DNA from: Laetmonice hystrix
Taxonomy: Eukaryota
DNA: 64,000 bases
Reading direction: 5' to 3'
Assembly: GCA_965235115.1 (NCBI GenBank)
Contig: OZ249438.1
Location: forward strand, 9,114,001-9,178,000
The translations under genes and the position numbers were made by a program. The notes below the pieces were generated by a model. It was not told the origin of the DNA. It did not search any database and worked only from the letters and a program-made list of their open reading frames with translations. Below are positions 38,589 to 50,770 of the stretch, piece by piece; positions within the stretch are counted from its first letter, which is position 1, and the number at the start of each line of letters is the position of its first letter.

Positions 38589-39451
38589 GGTTTCTAGTGG
38601 TACCGGTAAGTCAGGAAGGTTTCTAGTGGTACCGGTAAGTCAGAAAAGTTTCTAGTGGTACCGGTAAGTCAGAAAGGTTTCTAGTGGTACCGGTAAGTCA
38701 GAAAGGTTTCTAGTGGTACCGGTAAGTTAGAAAGGTTTCTAGTGGTACCGGTAAGTCAGAAAGGTTTCTAGTGGTACCGGTAAGTCAGAAAGGTTTCTAG
38801 TGGTACCGGTAAGTCAGAAAGGTTTCTAGTGGTACCGGTAAGTTAGAAAGGTTTCTAGTGGTACCGGTAAGTCAGAAAGGTTTCTAGTGGTACCGGTAAG
38901 TCAGAAAGGTTTCTAATGGTGCCGGTAAGTCAGAAAGGTTTCTAGTGGTACCGGTAAGTCAGAAAGGTTTCTAGTGGTACCGGTAGATCTAAGTCAGAAA
39001 GGTTTCTAGTGGTACCGGTAAGTCAGAAAGGTTTCTAGTGGTACCGGTAAGTCAGAGTGGTACCGGTAAGTTAGAAAGGTTTCTAGTGGTACCGGTAAGT
39101 CAGAAAGGTTTCTAGTAGTACCGGTAAGTCAGAAAGGTTTCTAGTGGTACCGGTAAGTTAGAAAGGTTTCTAGTGGTACCGGTAAGTCAGAAAGGTTTCT
39201 AGTAGTACCGGTAAGTCAGAAAGGTTTCTAGTGGTACCGGTAAGTTAGAAAGGTTTCTAGTGGTACCGGTAAGATAGAAAAGTTTCTAGTGGTACCGGTA
39301 AGTCAGAAAGGTTTCTAGTGGTACCGGTAAGTCAGAAAGGTTTCTAGTGGTACCGGTAAGTTAGAAAAGTTTCGACTGGTACCGGTAAGTCAGAAAGGTT
39401 TCTAGTGGTACCGGTAAGTCAGCCAGGTTTCTAGTGGTACCGGTAAGTTAG
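38589..39451. repeat. 29-bp minisatellite ggtttctagtggtaccggtaagtcagaaa, ~30 copies
   Basis: 29-nt period with a few indel variants; each unit has the palindrome taccggta and G|GTAAGT. Confidence 0.97.
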
Positions 39452-41639
39452 GGGCACTCTATGGTAACTTAGCGGTAAACCTGTGGCGTGGTGGTTTACA
39501 ACTACCGGCATCTTGGTCTCATCAAGATGGTCGGGCGTTCCGGGGATGAACTAATTTCGCACGGACATTATTGGATTAGGTGGTAATCCGCTCAGACCCC
39601 ACGGGTCAAAGGTCACACAGAGAGGAGAAATGGAAGCGGTGTCTATAGTCGGCGTTTTCAGGGCATGGTTTGAAGTTAGCAAAAAAGTAGGGAAAAAACA
39701 AGAGGTTGCGGTGTTCTGCCTTTAGAAGTCGCAGATCTGCCCGTTGGACGAGCGTCTGGTCATTAGAATAGAGAGTGAGTCAATGAAACGTGTAAATAAA
39801 TAACGAAGCTCTTATTTCTTTTTCTCAAAATCAAATATTGCTAAGGGCATGTCCCAGAATCATACTGGGGGTAACCGTAGTGCCTTACTCAAAACTATGC
39901 CCCGCCATGTATTAATTACTCCGCCTCTCAGAAATCCTCGGGAGGGCCTAGTGAAGTTCAGTTATGGATGTGAAAATATTCAACCAGTAATATTTCATTA
40001 TATGATTATATGAATGTTACTATGTTATCCTAAGGAACCATGCAGGTGATGACAGAGCTGGGGATTTCCCCACGACTGACATGTCATCTCAGAAAATAGT
40101 GGACCTAAATCCGAGAATTTCCATAGTCAGCGAGTAATTTCCATAGTCCAGTCAAGTGGAGCCCTGTGTTAGTCTAGTATTCACTTACATCATCCCATTA
40201 CACAGTCCCGAGCCATGGCACGCGGCGGTAATAGAAACCCACAAACGGGCTGATATTAAAAACGTCATACCCAAGTCCGTTATATGTCATATTTATTCCG
40301 CTCAGTATACCTTTCTGTTGTTGATATATACCAGCATGTCGTACTGTGGTATATTTTTATATTGGATGGTATGACGTGGGTGGGAACAGCTGTTTTCACC
40401 ACCTCATTATGAATACCAGTAAGGTTGTTTACCGTCGTCAGTCATCACTCAGTCGGCATAGATGGTCTGAGTCAATACGACTGTGAGGACATCGTGGGTT
40501 GGATGAGGACCGTGGGGATGGGCTACAACCAGGCTAGACTTCATCAGGTTACAGATGGGTTTGTGTCCGTTCACTTGGTTCATCGGATATCCACTCTCTC
40601 TCTCTCTGCAGCTGGGTCATGGCGTTTGTATGTCAAGTCGTGTCTGCGACACTCAGCGTAAGAAGAACCCTTGCCATTTTACCAGAAGAGTCGGGGATTG
40701 CCTCCTGATGGCGGGTTTCTGGCTCACTTTATCCTCGTTAAATCCATTGCAATAGGTCCCGTGACTGAACAAAGTTAAAATGTTTGATTCTGGCCTTGAA
40801 TATGGCGGAAATATTGCTTATAGGAATAGGTTTCAGCAGGAAATAACATGCTAGGTTTCTGTTGTAAAACTTTGCAAGGAAAGTTATCTCCAAAATGTAC
40901 TTCAGACGATTTTCCAGTCCAGCGTTTTTCCCAGTGCGGTTAACCATGGTCACCGCACCGTTAAGTTCAATATGTCTGTCTAATTGGCCACTTTAAAATA
41001 TGAATGCTACATTAATCCCATATGTTGTTCACTGACATTTAGCAGAATGCTCTTGTCAAGCTTTATGTGAAAAAAACAACGTACAATTTCGACTTTGCTG
41101 GTTTTTATCCAAACCCGATCAGCGGGTGCGTGAACTTTACATGTGATGACAACCTTTACATTGGATCCTCGAGGCCACACGGCCAGACATTTACACAAAA
41201 CACAATCAAATGGTCACCGACCGACTGCTTTGATTTCTTTTCTCTGTATCCCTATTTGAGATATTAATTTGCCATTCACCGCAGACAATTAGTCATTAGC
41301 GGATGCTGAGGGTGGACGGTTTGCGATAATTAAAACCAACCAACTGTTTGAGGGGCGCTGGCCGGTTCACCGAGGTGTCTCTGTGAGTACAGTTGTGGCC
41401 ACCAGGGAGAGGTCGTAAAGCTGGACAATGGCCGGCGTGGGAGAGTACAGGCAGCTGACCAGTGGTCAGTGGCTGGGATGGCCAGGTGCTGTGGACAGCA
41501 TGGTGGGGTTGATGAATGACCGGAGGGCAGGGACACAGTCCGGGAGGGTTTACTGATGACACTAGCAAACATTAGGCCCGGGGGCTGGGTAGTTGTCACC
41601 AGAGACGGGGATCTGGGGCGGGGGTACTGCTGCTGCTGG

Positions 41640-42070
41640 GGTGTAGGGTGAGGATTTCAACTTTTTGACTGGGAGCGAAAGGGCTTTTTGGAGTGGGGGT
41701 TATTGTGATGGGGTGATTTTTGAACCGGCGGGGGGGTTATATGAGTTGGTTGAAGCAAAGTATGCGGAGACAGAGCGTAGCAGCCTGAAGACGGCCATCG
41801 ATTGGACGAGATGTGGCAAGAAGTCGGTGAGAGGTTAGCGGAGTGTGGGTGGAGGCAGTTGGAGGCTGGGCGTATGAAGTTGACAGCTCGTAATACTCAA
41901 CAATATGGGCACTGCCTAGGCCCTGGGTGCCGCAGGTGGAAATTTGATCATGATGATTTTCCAGGTTGTAATATGGCGATCTGGCTTGTGAACAGATGAA
42001 AGAATGACGTTGTGATAAGACATGTGTAAGGGTAGGTTCATCAATGGTACCTACAATATGTGTTTTCTAC
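41640..42070 (-). mobile_element. Decayed L2-clade LINE ORF2 C-terminal fragment
   Basis: One frame reads HIVGTIDEPTL..FICSQARSPYYNL..ISTCGTQGLGSAHIVEY..RRFKNHPITITP, in the order of the L2 motifs LGV.FD..L, IC.SA..HL.NI, L..A.I.SRLDY, R..HITP. Confidence 0.45.
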
Positions 42071-42941
42071 CATAAAGGGTTTCCGAGTTGGGGTTGCTGG
42101 GTACAGTGACCCAGTGGCCTACATTCAGGATTGGGAGGGCGGGATCAAAAAGGTATTTGATCCCACTGGTAGGTTCCACCCCCACAAAGAAGCGATGCAA
42201 TTATCAGTAATGAGAGTGTGCCCCACTAGGGTACTTGTAAGGGTGCATTGTTTTGGTGGTGGCGGGCAGTCGGGCGGTCAATTAAACCCCCAGCCGGTGG
42301 TTTCTCTAGGTAAAGATGTAAGGTTATGTAAATACTGAAGAGACCAGCTGTACCTTTGTGACATTTAGAACGGTGTGTCTGCGACATTAAACTCATTGTG
42401 GGACAAGTCTACTTGACGGACGTTGCACTGTCTGGGTTAGTGGGGTGGGGGTAATCCCGACCTCCCTGAGACGATTAGTTAGGTTAATCAGGGTGTTGGA
42501 TCATTGATCCATGACATCAGGTAGAGTCAGTGGGGTGGAACGAGATGGGTGAGGTATTATGGGAGAGGTGGTCAGTCGCTGTTTTACCAGCAGAGTACGC
42601 CGGTGTAGGATGGTAGGTTGGCGTGACAGTGGGCCCTTACCGTACTTGGAGGGGTTGACCGTACCCCCTCCCACAACACTCCTTCTGTCGTCTGAACCCT
42701 CATATAGAAACCCCCCATTGAACCCCCATGACCCATCGTAACCCTGCTGTAATGGTCAGTGTGCTGACCTCAATGACCAATTAGTGACCAATACCCAGAT
42801 CAGCCATTGAGTGTGGAGATATTGAGTGAGTGTCAATCAATACTGGGGACACAATACGTTTACTTCTACCCGGAGGGATTCAGGTTAGCGCTTGGATCAT
42901 GATGACGCCCTGAATGAAAGAGATCGGTGGGTATTAGGAAA

Positions 42942-43384
42942 GGTCAGATCTGGGAAATAAACCAAAGGTACAAGTGGGTCAGATTGGAAAATAAACCAGA
43001 GATACAAGTGGGTCAGATCAGGAAAATAAACCAATGATACAAGTGGGTCAGATCAGGAAAATAAACCAAATGTACAAGTGGGTCAGATCAGGAAAATAAA
43101 CCAATGATACAAGTGGGTCAGATGGGAAAATAAACCAAAGATACAAGTGGGTCACATCAGTAAAATAAACCAAAGATACAAGTGGGTCAAATCAGGAAAA
43201 TTAACCAAAGATACAAGTGGGTCAGATCAGAAAAATAAACCAGAGATACAAGTGGGTCAGATCAGGAAAATAAACCAATGATACAAGTGGGCCAGATCAA
43301 GAAAATAAACTAAAGGTACAAGTGGGTCAGATCAGGAAAATAAACCAGAGATACAAGTGAGTCAGATCAGGAAAATAAACCAAA
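42942..43384. repeat. 35-bp minisatellite gtcagatcaggaaaataaaccaaagatacaagtgg, ~12.5 copies
   Basis: 34-35 nt period with substitution variants. Confidence 0.97.
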
Positions 43385-44109
43385 ATCGCGCCCTGCACCC
43401 CAAACCATACCACAACTGACAGGGTTCGTATCATTTTCACAGGTCAGGGATTCGTTGAACTCCATGAGGTTCCGTTCCAACTCCAAGCCTCGGAATGCTG
43501 GGGGGGGGGGGGGGGGGAGGAGGGTGTCATTGAATGTGGGGGGGGGGGGGTAATTCAATGTCGGGTGATATATGATCGCATGACAAATACAATGTATATG
43601 GTGGTGATTGTCAGGTATGTTGTCATGGGGTCTATTGTTTCACACTGCCCCGGGTTGTTAATAAACAAAGGTAGCAGTTATAGCTTTTTGTACCGGAGTG
43701 ACCTGTAGAGTGGATGGTATAAAGTACAAATCGGCCTTTGTCGGCTCCAACATTAGGTTGTTCTTTTCGAATAGCTCAAAGGTACAAAAATGTTACTTTC
43801 GATCGTATAGTTTTCATGAATATGTTGTTTTCTGAAATGGGAGAAAAAGTTTCCTTTGTCGTGAAAAGGAATTCTGGGAACGCGATAATTAGGTTAATGA
43901 TATTTATTTGGTTTTGAATAAATATTATCACAAACACCAGGGATGTGTGTATACCCCGGTCGGGTAAATTTACCAGCGTACGGAGGACATATCCCCCCAG
44001 TTGTGAGAGTCATGAAATATTGAGGTGGGTTTCACACTTAGTCTGTGTTAGAATGGAGTCGGAAGGAACAACTCTCTGTTCTCCCGGAAACCTGGGTGGC
44101 TGGTGGTCT

Positions 44110-44720
44110 TGACATAGACAAAGTGTGATCTATCATTTAGAGAGAAGGTGGGTTTGTCAATAGTACCTTGACCTACCCCACTTAACGATCAATTTAAGTG
44201 GTCACCTTCGTTAAGTAGACCCTTCCCCCACACGTACAAATTAACAGCTGCCGAGATGGATCCCAACTTCTCGATTGAAGGGTGCCGATCGAAAACTGTG
44301 ACAAACACGGATATGGGATCACTGTCGATCTTGTATGGGTGTCACTTTGACACGTGATCTGGGGGAGATCAAAGGTCAAAGGTGAAGATGAGGGCACGTC
44401 AGAGGTGTGAAATGTGCGATCCCACAGTGGGTGTCGGGGTGGGGTCATGAGGGTGGTTACAACGGGGGGTTAGTTACAGGTACGCTAATTGATGGTAATT
44501 ACCTGGGGTCAGAGATTCCGTTTCAGGTAAAATTGGTGGTGTCGATGGTAGGTTACAGGTGTGCGGGCAGGAAATGATCAGGTATCGAATGAACAAAGGT
44601 AGCGGAGATTTGGCAGGCGCGACCTGGCCAGAGATATAGCACCAATGTTGCTCACCTCCGATTGGGAAGAATACCGAAATGTTAGCGTGCAATGATGCTA
44701 TAATTTGGATACTTTTCAAT
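44110..44720 (-). mobile_element. Decayed CR1/L2-type LINE RT fragment
   Basis: IASLHANIS ... SPLPLFIRYLI ... TPPILPETESLTPGNYHQLAYL (similar to V.PI.K.GD..P.NYRPISLL), then SGVGQGTIDKPTFSLND (similar to SGVPQGS.LGP.LF..YIND) at ~44130-44185. Confidence 0.5.
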
Positions 44721-46039
44721 ACAATTATATGGTTTTCCTGGAAGGAATTTTTATATCGCGAGCACACAATGAGAACTGACTAACACCAAACGAGCCGTTT
44801 TGTGGAAAATAACTCTCACAGGGTAAGATAGGTAGCATACCATTTCATCAGGGACAAGGCAGCGTTTTACCATTGGCACCAGTGGCCGGGGGCAGCGAGT
44901 GCACGGCCCACATTTACTTCAGTCTGAGGATGGGAGGGGGGGGGGCAATGGGACGTGAGAGGGATTATGGATTATGGATTATACGTGCACGTGTAATCCG
45001 GGTACTAGGACACTAGGGTCACACCTATCCCGACCATGCTGCACACTTGAAAGGATCTAAATACATTATGCCGGTTACGAATTGAGTAATAGGCAGTAGA
45101 CTTCAAAATAATTTTTGATTGTACAAATATACACTGATATTTCTGGAGAAGAAGACAATTATTGCAAATCTTTTAAGAGGAAATTTAGGGGAGATGATGT
45201 AAGCATGTTTTTTAGTGGCGGTATTTGACAACTGTAGGGTTGAAGTAACAGTTGGCGGGTTAAAGAGAACCTTTCTGTAGAGAAACGACATGTATTATCT
45301 GGCCAGGGTTTATCAATCATGTTGTGGTTGGGGTAGTTTGTCACCACATTTGTTTCCCATAATGCCCCCCTCCGCGACTCGGTGATCTTGCGACAGGTGA
45401 GGAATGTATGGCGATCTCTGCTGTGGAAAAAACTACCTGCATGAAGGCATTCCAAATTGGACCAATTTTTTGCCATTGACAAGCCCATCAATTATTTAGC
45501 AGTCGCTGTGTGGGATATTTCGAGCTGAAAAGCAGCCTCCCGTAGTGACAAATAGATTCACGCGTTTTTAAAAGGCAATCTTTGAACTTATAGGAAGGTC
45601 GACTGTTTTGGTTTTTTTTCCTGTCACTGAAACCGGTAGGTGAGCACTTCTTTGAATGTGAAAAAGGGCATTGAGTGATGGAGTCAAATACGAAAAAGAA
45701 CAACAAAAAATAGTTAGGCAAAAAAATGAACAGTAAGCAATTGTCACTGAGTGGGTGAATCATTTAGAGTTAGCTGCATTTTTAACGTACAGCACAGCGA
45801 TAGAATGCAATGAATAAAAGAAGAGCTTTTTGAAGTGGCTGAGAGGTAACTCTGCATGGGTAGTTGCCGCAGGCTGTTTACGATGTCTAACGACGAGTGA
45901 TATTTTCATCCAGTATCCATGGCTACGTCAATTTGAAGGTGTCAAAAGTTCTTCTTAGTTTGAACTAATCACTGGCTATCTATTCGAGAGCTCGATTTAT
46001 TGGCTGGGAAAAATTGCATATAAATATTTGCAGTTTTAA

Positions 46040-46561
46040 AGGGGCATGCTATGAAACACGTTTTGGAGGATTTCCCGGAATTATCCAACATGACCGTGTA
46101 ATAGGGATCCAAGTCCTACCACAGCATTTTGTCCTCCGACGTGTTTTCGCTGCGTATGCAGCACAAGTAGGTTCTATACGACCAAACCCATAGATTTCTC
46201 CCGATAGCACATCTCCCGCCATAATTTGGTAGACAACCTCGCATCAACCCGTGTAATCGCGTACTGCGTTACATCCTGCGTGTGCACTCTCTGCATGTGC
46301 TTATAGTCACATGCTTCGCTTAGTTGTAAACAATTCAGCAGTTGCACTCGATCGTCCGGCATCAGAATGCCACCCAAAAATATTTTGCGAAATCGGCAGA
46401 GAAGCGGGCAAGGGAGCTTCATAAACTTTGATTTCTCACGCAAAATCAAACTGATAAGTCTGTCTTTGTTTACCAAGCAATTTTAATGAAGGATCTCTTT
46501 ATGTAAACAGCAAAAGTTCTTTGAAATACCGATTTTTCACGTTTTCTCATAATATGCCCCT
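46040..46561. mobile_element. Kolobok-like non-autonomous DNA transposon (522 bp)
   Basis: TTAA at 46036-46039 and 46562-46565; TIRs aggggcatgctatga and revcomp aggggcatattatga (13/15); RR...YY termini; non-coding. TTAA TSD is shared with piggyBac, but piggyBac termini begin CC. Confidence 0.8.
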
Positions 46562-48530
46562 TTAACGAAGAAAAACACACCCGACGTCGGCTTCGGTGAC
46601 GGTGTAAACGGCCGGGCGCATACAAAGAATGAAGACTTAAAGACAGGGTACCACTGGGTATAAGTTATTGACAGGTTATTGGGATTAGATACAATAGTTT
46701 GGGAGGGATTATCATCATCAACAGGCTGGCACTGGAAGTGACTCAGAGCTAGAACACATCAGACCGGCGCCGGTTGGACGCACAACCCGAACAAAATGCC
46801 CTAGGTAAGCTCTACCGGTGGTTAAACCCGGAGAGATTATATCCCAGTTTTTTACGGAAAATCACTCAGCCGTGAATTGGGTTTGAGGCGTGAGACGGTG
46901 CATCTCCAGTGGAGCGGAACTGTGTTGTGCCTACCGGAACTGTTGGGAGGCTGTCAGCAGTGTTGCCCTAGGAGACAGGTGGTAGGATGCTGCCATTAGA
47001 GCCGCTAACTCAGGCTGCCACGCTTACTGTACGTCAACATTGGAAAATTGGGTTGGGAGCTGTTCTCTTGTCTTCACAGTTAGCTGCACATTGCGTGGGG
47101 CACAAGCCCGTGGGTTACGTAAGGGAGGGGCGGTGGGTTGTAGAAACAATGGTAAAATTATAAGTACCTTCCTTACGTCATGCCATCTGCGGTACCATCT
47201 GTATTAATAATATGCTCTGAGGTGTTGAAAGAGGTGTTGAATCAGTGGAAGATTGGTGATGATTTAGTAAATCCGACATTTTCATTTTTTTGTTATCAAG
47301 AGGGATTGGAGATCCTTATGTGTGAGGTCTTACAAGAAAATTGCATTTGGGAATGAGATGGAATTGATGGGTTTTCTATCCCCGATCTGGCCCGGCGCTG
47401 TCAGGGGCAATCATTGATAGTTAGAGAGTTACGTCATACAAAGTAATGGTTGAGACGCTGAGCGGGGTGGAGAGGCAATGAATGGCCGGATGAGAGGGTA
47501 AAACCCTGCCATGGATTGGATGATTCGATCCAGATTATACGACCTTTGACCACCTCGGACCACGTAGTGGTGATGAAGCCGTCTCATTGAAAGTTTGGCT
47601 GTGTATTGTGATTGAAGCGGCTGAATGCTACCCGCTGATTGGTTCATTGACGGCGTCCCACACCATTCCCGGCGTGCACCTGTATTTACACAGTACTGGT
47701 CACGTGATGGGAGCCTGGTGCTTTGACCAGACGACCCGATCCCTGGCCCAGCAGTAGTTGGCGTGTCTGGTTGACGTAAAGGATAGCGTGTTCAGGTAGA
47801 GGGCAGGGCGGCGGAGGGAGGGTGGGATCCATCAGTTGATTACACAACATCCCCAGGCCGTTGGTTCTGGTCTCCCGTGTGATGATGATGGGGGGGGGGG
47901 GGGGGGGGCTGGAGTTGTACAGGAACAGTCGGGTAAAGCAGCGAGTTCCCAGGTGGAATTTTATGATGAAATGTCCGGGGATTTGAATTTACTTGAAAAA
48001 AACCCGCAAAATTGTCCCCAGTATTACAATGTAATACTACAGCTTTGTCATGTTCAGTAGTCATTAGCTGTTGTATAATGTTCGATCCAAAAAACTCCAG
48101 TGGCAGATGGAATTAGTATCCGACAAAAAAACTAGAAATGAATTTTGCGCTTCCATTACTGGATGACGTAATGACTGGCTCATGTAACCGTGACATGCAA
48201 GGAGCCAATCATATGGCCGTATACATCCGACCGACGAGTCGGTTGTTGGAGGCGCCACAAGTCAGCCTATACTCGGCAAAGTTTCTGGACACAAACCGTT
48301 TAGATTCTCGTAATGTAACAGTAATGGAGGTAAAATGGAAAAGTTTTATTATTGTGGGCTTCGGGTGTTCCTGGGGTATTGTGAAAGTAAGCAATAAAGC
48401 AGTAAAGAATACATGGGGGGTGCGACAGAAAGGTTATTTTGTGAGGGCATTTACAAGTATGGGCGCCGACCGATGTCGAACCTCGTCACGGTTTTCCCCG
48501 CAGGCAGGGAGATTGTCCTTTTCGATCTGC

Positions 48531-48787
48531 ACATTACACACTCATAGACTCGCTGTTTGACATTACACACTCATAGACTCGCTGTTTGACATTACACACT
48601 CATAGACTCGCTGTTTGACATTACACACTCATAGACTCGCTGTTTGACATTACACACTCATAGACTCGCTGTTTGACATTACACACTCATAGACTCGCTG
48701 TTTGACATTACACACTCACAGACTCGCTGTTTGACATTACACACTCATAGACTCGCTGTTTGACATTACACACTTATAGACTCGCTT
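48531..48787. repeat. 29-bp minisatellite gacattacacactcatagactcgctgttt, ~9 copies
   Basis: ctcatag at 48541, 48570 and onward. Confidence 0.97.
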
Positions 48788-49062
48788 TGAGCTACGTCCA
48801 TGATTCAATCATCATGGGGTAGTCGGGAGGTCGTGTATATTTAGACTTTGGCCTTACCTTTCAACTTAACAGATTGTATGTAAGTGAAAAAATCTATAAA
48901 TTGAGTAGTAAGTACGTGTATTCATGTTAACCAGATGGGGTTACCGTTAGCATAGTTTTCTAAGAAACTTTATGACTTGCAAATACATGGACATTTGGTG
49001 ACGCGGTATCGTTTCGTGTACCAAGGTAAACAAAGTTTCTGCCAGAGTCTGGTCTAGCCAAA

Positions 49063-50770
49063 TGGCCGACACACCAGTGGGCCATAGACCCAACCCATTG
49101 TCAGGTACACAGGTAACTCTAGTAGACACACCAGTGGGCCATAGACCCAACCCATTGTCAGGTACACAGGTAACTGTGGCAGACACACCAGTGGGCCATA
49201 GACCCAACCCATTGTCAGGTACACAGGTAACTCTGGTAGACACACCAGTGGGCCATAGACCCAACCCATTGTCAGGTACACAGGTAACTCTGGTAGACAC
49301 ACCAGTGGGCCATAGACCCAACCCATTGTCAGGTACACAGGTAACTCTGGTAGACACACCAGTGGGCCATAGACCCAACCCATTGTCAGGTACACAGGTA
49401 ACTCTGGTAGACACACCAGTGGGCCATAGACCCAACCCATTGTCAGGTACACAGGTAACTCTAGTAGACACACCAGTGGGCCATAGACCCAACCCATTGT
49501 CAGGTACACAGGTAACTCTGGTAGACACACCAGTGGGCCATAGACCCAACCCATTGTCAGGTACACAGGTAACTCTAGTAGACACACCAGTGGGCCATAG
49601 ACCCAACCCATTGTCAGGTACACAGGTAACTGTGGCAGACACACCAGTGGGCCATAGACCCAACCCATTGTCAGGTACACAGGTAACTCTGGTAGACACA
49701 CCAGTGGGCCATAGACCCAACCCATTGTCAGGTACACAGGTAACTCTAGTAGACACACCAGTGGGCCATAGACCCAACCCATTGTCAGGTACACAGGTAA
49801 CTGTGGCAGACACACCAGTGGGCCATAGACCCAACCCATTGTCAGGTACACAGGTAACTCTGGTAGACACACCAGTGGGCCATAGACCCAACCCATTGTC
49901 AGGTACACAGGTAACTGTGGCAGACACACCAGTGGGCCATAGACCCAACCCATTGTCAGGTACACAGGTAACTCTGGTAGACACACCAGTGGGCCATAGA
50001 CCCAACCCATTGTCAGGTACACAGGTAACTCTGGTAGACACACCAGTGGGCCATAGACCCAACCCATTGTCAGGTACACAGGTAACTGTGGCAGACACAC
50101 CAGTGGGCCATAGACCCAACCCATTGTCAGGTACACAGGTAACTGTGGTGGACACACCGGTGGGCCATAGACCCAACCCATTGTCAGGTACACAGGTAAC
50201 TCTGGCAGACACACCGGTGGGCCATAGACCTAACCCATTGTCAGGTACACAGGTAACTGGCCGACACACCACGGCCATAGACCCAACCCATTGTCAGGTA
50301 CACAGGTAACTGTGGTGGACACACCAGTGGGCCATAGACCCAACCCATTGTCAGGTACACAGGTAACTGTGGTGGACACACCGGTGGGCCATAGACCCAA
50401 CCCATTGTCAGGTACACAGGTAACTCTGGTAGACACACCAGTGGGCCATAGACCCAACCCATTGTCAGGTACACAGGTAACTCTGGTAGACACACCAGTG
50501 GGCCATAGACCCAACCCATTGTCAGGTACACAGGTAACTCTGGTAGACACACCAGTGGGCCATAGACCCAACCCATTGTCAGGTACACAGGTAACTCTAG
50601 TAGACACACCAGTGGGCCATAGACCCAACCCATTGTCAGGTACACAGGTAACTCTAGTAGACACACCAGTGGGCCATAGACCCAACCCATTGTCAGGTAC
50701 ACAGGTAACTGTGGTGGACACACCAGTGGGCCATAGACCCAACCCATTGTCAGGTACACAGGTAACTGTG
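49063..50770. repeat. 57-bp minisatellite, ~30 copies with a variable 7-nt block
   Basis: gacacaccagtgggccatagacccaacccattgtcaggtacacaggtaac plus tctggta/tctagta/tgtggca/tgtggtg; source of six long ORFs on both strands. Confidence 0.98.

Noticed and set aside
38589-39451. CRISPR-like appearance of the 29-46 bp palindromic arrays (also 56585-57311)
   Set aside because: No unique spacers, no cas genes, eukaryotic intron context
39602-39615. DR1 nuclear-receptor element gggtcaaaggtca (similar words at ~44370, ~58405, ~62060)
   Set aside because: Short word that recurs widely in this DNA; cannot be distinguished from background without statistics
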